Shown here one piece after another: positions 62,661-64,000 of a stretch of DNA of 64,000 bases; the stretch's first letter is position 1; each line of letters starts with the position of its first letter. The notes beneath the pieces were generated by a model. That model was given only the letters and a program-made list of their open reading frames with translations, made no database searches and was not told the origin of the DNA. The DNA is from Candidatus Oxydemutatoraceae bacterium (GTDB lineage Bacteria; Pseudomonadota; Gammaproteobacteria; Poriferisulfidales; Oxydemutatoraceae). A program made the translations under genes and the position numbers. The DNA lies in contig CBDCOZ010000003.1 in NCBI GenBank assembly GCA_965220085.1, positions 832,001 through 896,000 of the forward strand, read 5' to 3'.

Positions 62661-63551
62661 GCCACGCGGTCGGCGGACGGCTTGCCGTCAAGCCGCGCGC
62701 GGAGGTTCTCAAGCGCTCGCCTGCCCATGGCAATACGGGTTTCTTCGGATGCGTTGCCCAAGCATATCGAATATATCGAGCGCGAAGTCGGCGTATCGGT
62801 CGCGGTCATCTCTGCCGGGCCGCGAAGAAAACATTATCCGCTCGAATATTTTTTAGGCCACGCGGTCGGCGGGCGGCTTGCCGTCAAGCCGCGCGCGGAG
62901 GTTCTCAAGCGCTCGCCTGCCCATGGCAATACGGGTTTCTTCGGATGCGCTGCCCAAGCATATTGAATATATCGAGCGCGAAGTCGGCGTATCGGTCGCG
63001 GTCATCTCTGCCGGGCCGCGAAGAAAACATTATCCGCTCGAATATTTTTTAGGCCACGCGGTCGGCGGACGGCTTGCCGTCAAGCCGCGCGCGGAGGTTC
63101 TCAAGCGCTCGCCTGCCCATGGCAATACGGGTTTCTTCGGATGCGCTGCCTAAGCATATCGAATATATCGAGCGCGAAGTCGGCGTATCGGTCGCGGTCA
63201 TCTCTGCCGGGCCGCGAAGAAAACATTATCCGTTCGGATATCTTTTAGGCCACGCGGTCGGCGGGCGGCTTGCCGTCAAGCCGCGCGCGGAGGTTCTCAA
63301 GCGCTCGCCTGCCCATGGCAATACGGGTTTCTTCGGATGCGCTCCCAAGCATATCGAATATATCGAGCGCGAAGTCGGCGTATCGGTCGCGGGCATCTCT
63401 GCCGGGCCGGGCCGCGAAGAAAACATTATCCGTTCGGATATCTTTTAGGCCACGCGGTCGGCGGGCGGCTTGCCGTCAAGCCACGCGCGGAGGTTCTCAA
63501 GCGCTCGCCTGCCCATGGCAATACGGGTTTCTTCGGATGCGCTGCCCAAGT
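62558..63551. repeat. Convergent-junction tandem array, 5 copies of 195-201 bp
   Basis: Units start 62558, 62759, 62955, 63151, 63346; each holds both gene ends with overlapping stops (TTAG). Confidence 0.95.
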
Positions 63552-64000
63552 GCGGCAACAAAACGACATTTTCAAGTTCAAGGAAGCCGGGGTTCAGTCG
63601 CGGCTCGTTTTCATAGACATCGAGCCCGGCGCCGCGAATGACGCCGGTTTTTAACGCCGTAATCAAAGCATCGTTGTTTATGACATCGCCGCGCGCGGTA
63701 TTAATCAGATACGCGCCGGCTTTCATACAAGCGAGCTGCGGTTCGCCGATCAAATGGTATGTTTCCTTGCCGCCGGGACAATGGATAGAAACAAAGTCCG
63801 ATGTCTGTAACAACTCTTCCAGCCTATCGCAACGCTTTGCGTCGACCGCTTTCACCGCATCCTCCGGAACATCATAGGGGTTATAGAACGCAATATTCAT
63901 GTCAAAGCCGAAGCGCGCTTTGCGCGCCATTGCGTATGCAATCCGTCCGAAGCCTATCAACCCCAGCGTTTTCCCCGTAACTTTGGTACCGACCATATGG
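63445..64000 (-). CDS. D-2-hydroxyacid dehydrogenase (glyoxylate reductase-like), 5' part outside the window
   Basis: GLIGFGRI, INTARG, GAGLDVYENEP, LPHLGSA. Confidence 0.9.
   Translation of the reverse strand, partial: HMVGTKVTGKTLGLIGFGRIAYAMARKARFGFDMNIAFYNPYDVPEDAVKAVDAKRCDRLEELLQTSDFVSIHCPGGKETYHLIGEPQLACMKAGAYLINTARGDVINNDALITALKTGVIRGAGLDVYENEPRLNPGFLELENVVLLPHLGSASEETRIAMGRRALENLRAWLDGKPPADRVA

Noticed and set aside
62558-63551. Prophage or integrative-element attachment-site duplications as the cause of the arrays
   Set aside because: No cargo or integrase between copies, both gene ends are duplicated, and the five arrays share no sequence

Overview
A tightly packed, housekeeping-rich window from a streamlined proteobacterium (gamma/beta-type gene content). 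It runs nnr-tsaE-amiB, a bufferin-type DUF2282/DUF692/DUF2063 RiPP cluster, kdkA/waaA/tolC, thiC, btuB/btuF, slt, metY, pur/pyr/thi/bio/fol/arg genes, lepA, gltA and hflKC-hisZ-purA. Two accessory islands interrupt it (about 1.8-5.75 kb and 20.4-29.45 kb). Two features stand out. (1) Five separate convergent gene junctions are each amplified into a tandem array of 3-6 copies of a 138-201 bp unit. Every unit holds the last codons and stop codons of BOTH facing genes, and I saw no such array at co-directional or divergent junctions. (2) A family of secreted Ig/cadherin-like repeat proteins ends in an invariant tail, LVEHLRLRLRLFLEGPLR*, conserved by synonymous codon changes. It comes with orphan tail remnants, poly-C tracts just after the start codons, shared promoter/leader elements and a broken outer-membrane beta-barrel gene, suggesting an uncharacterised, phase-variable surface-display or sorting system. 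All family names are from motif recognition by eye; no database searches were run.
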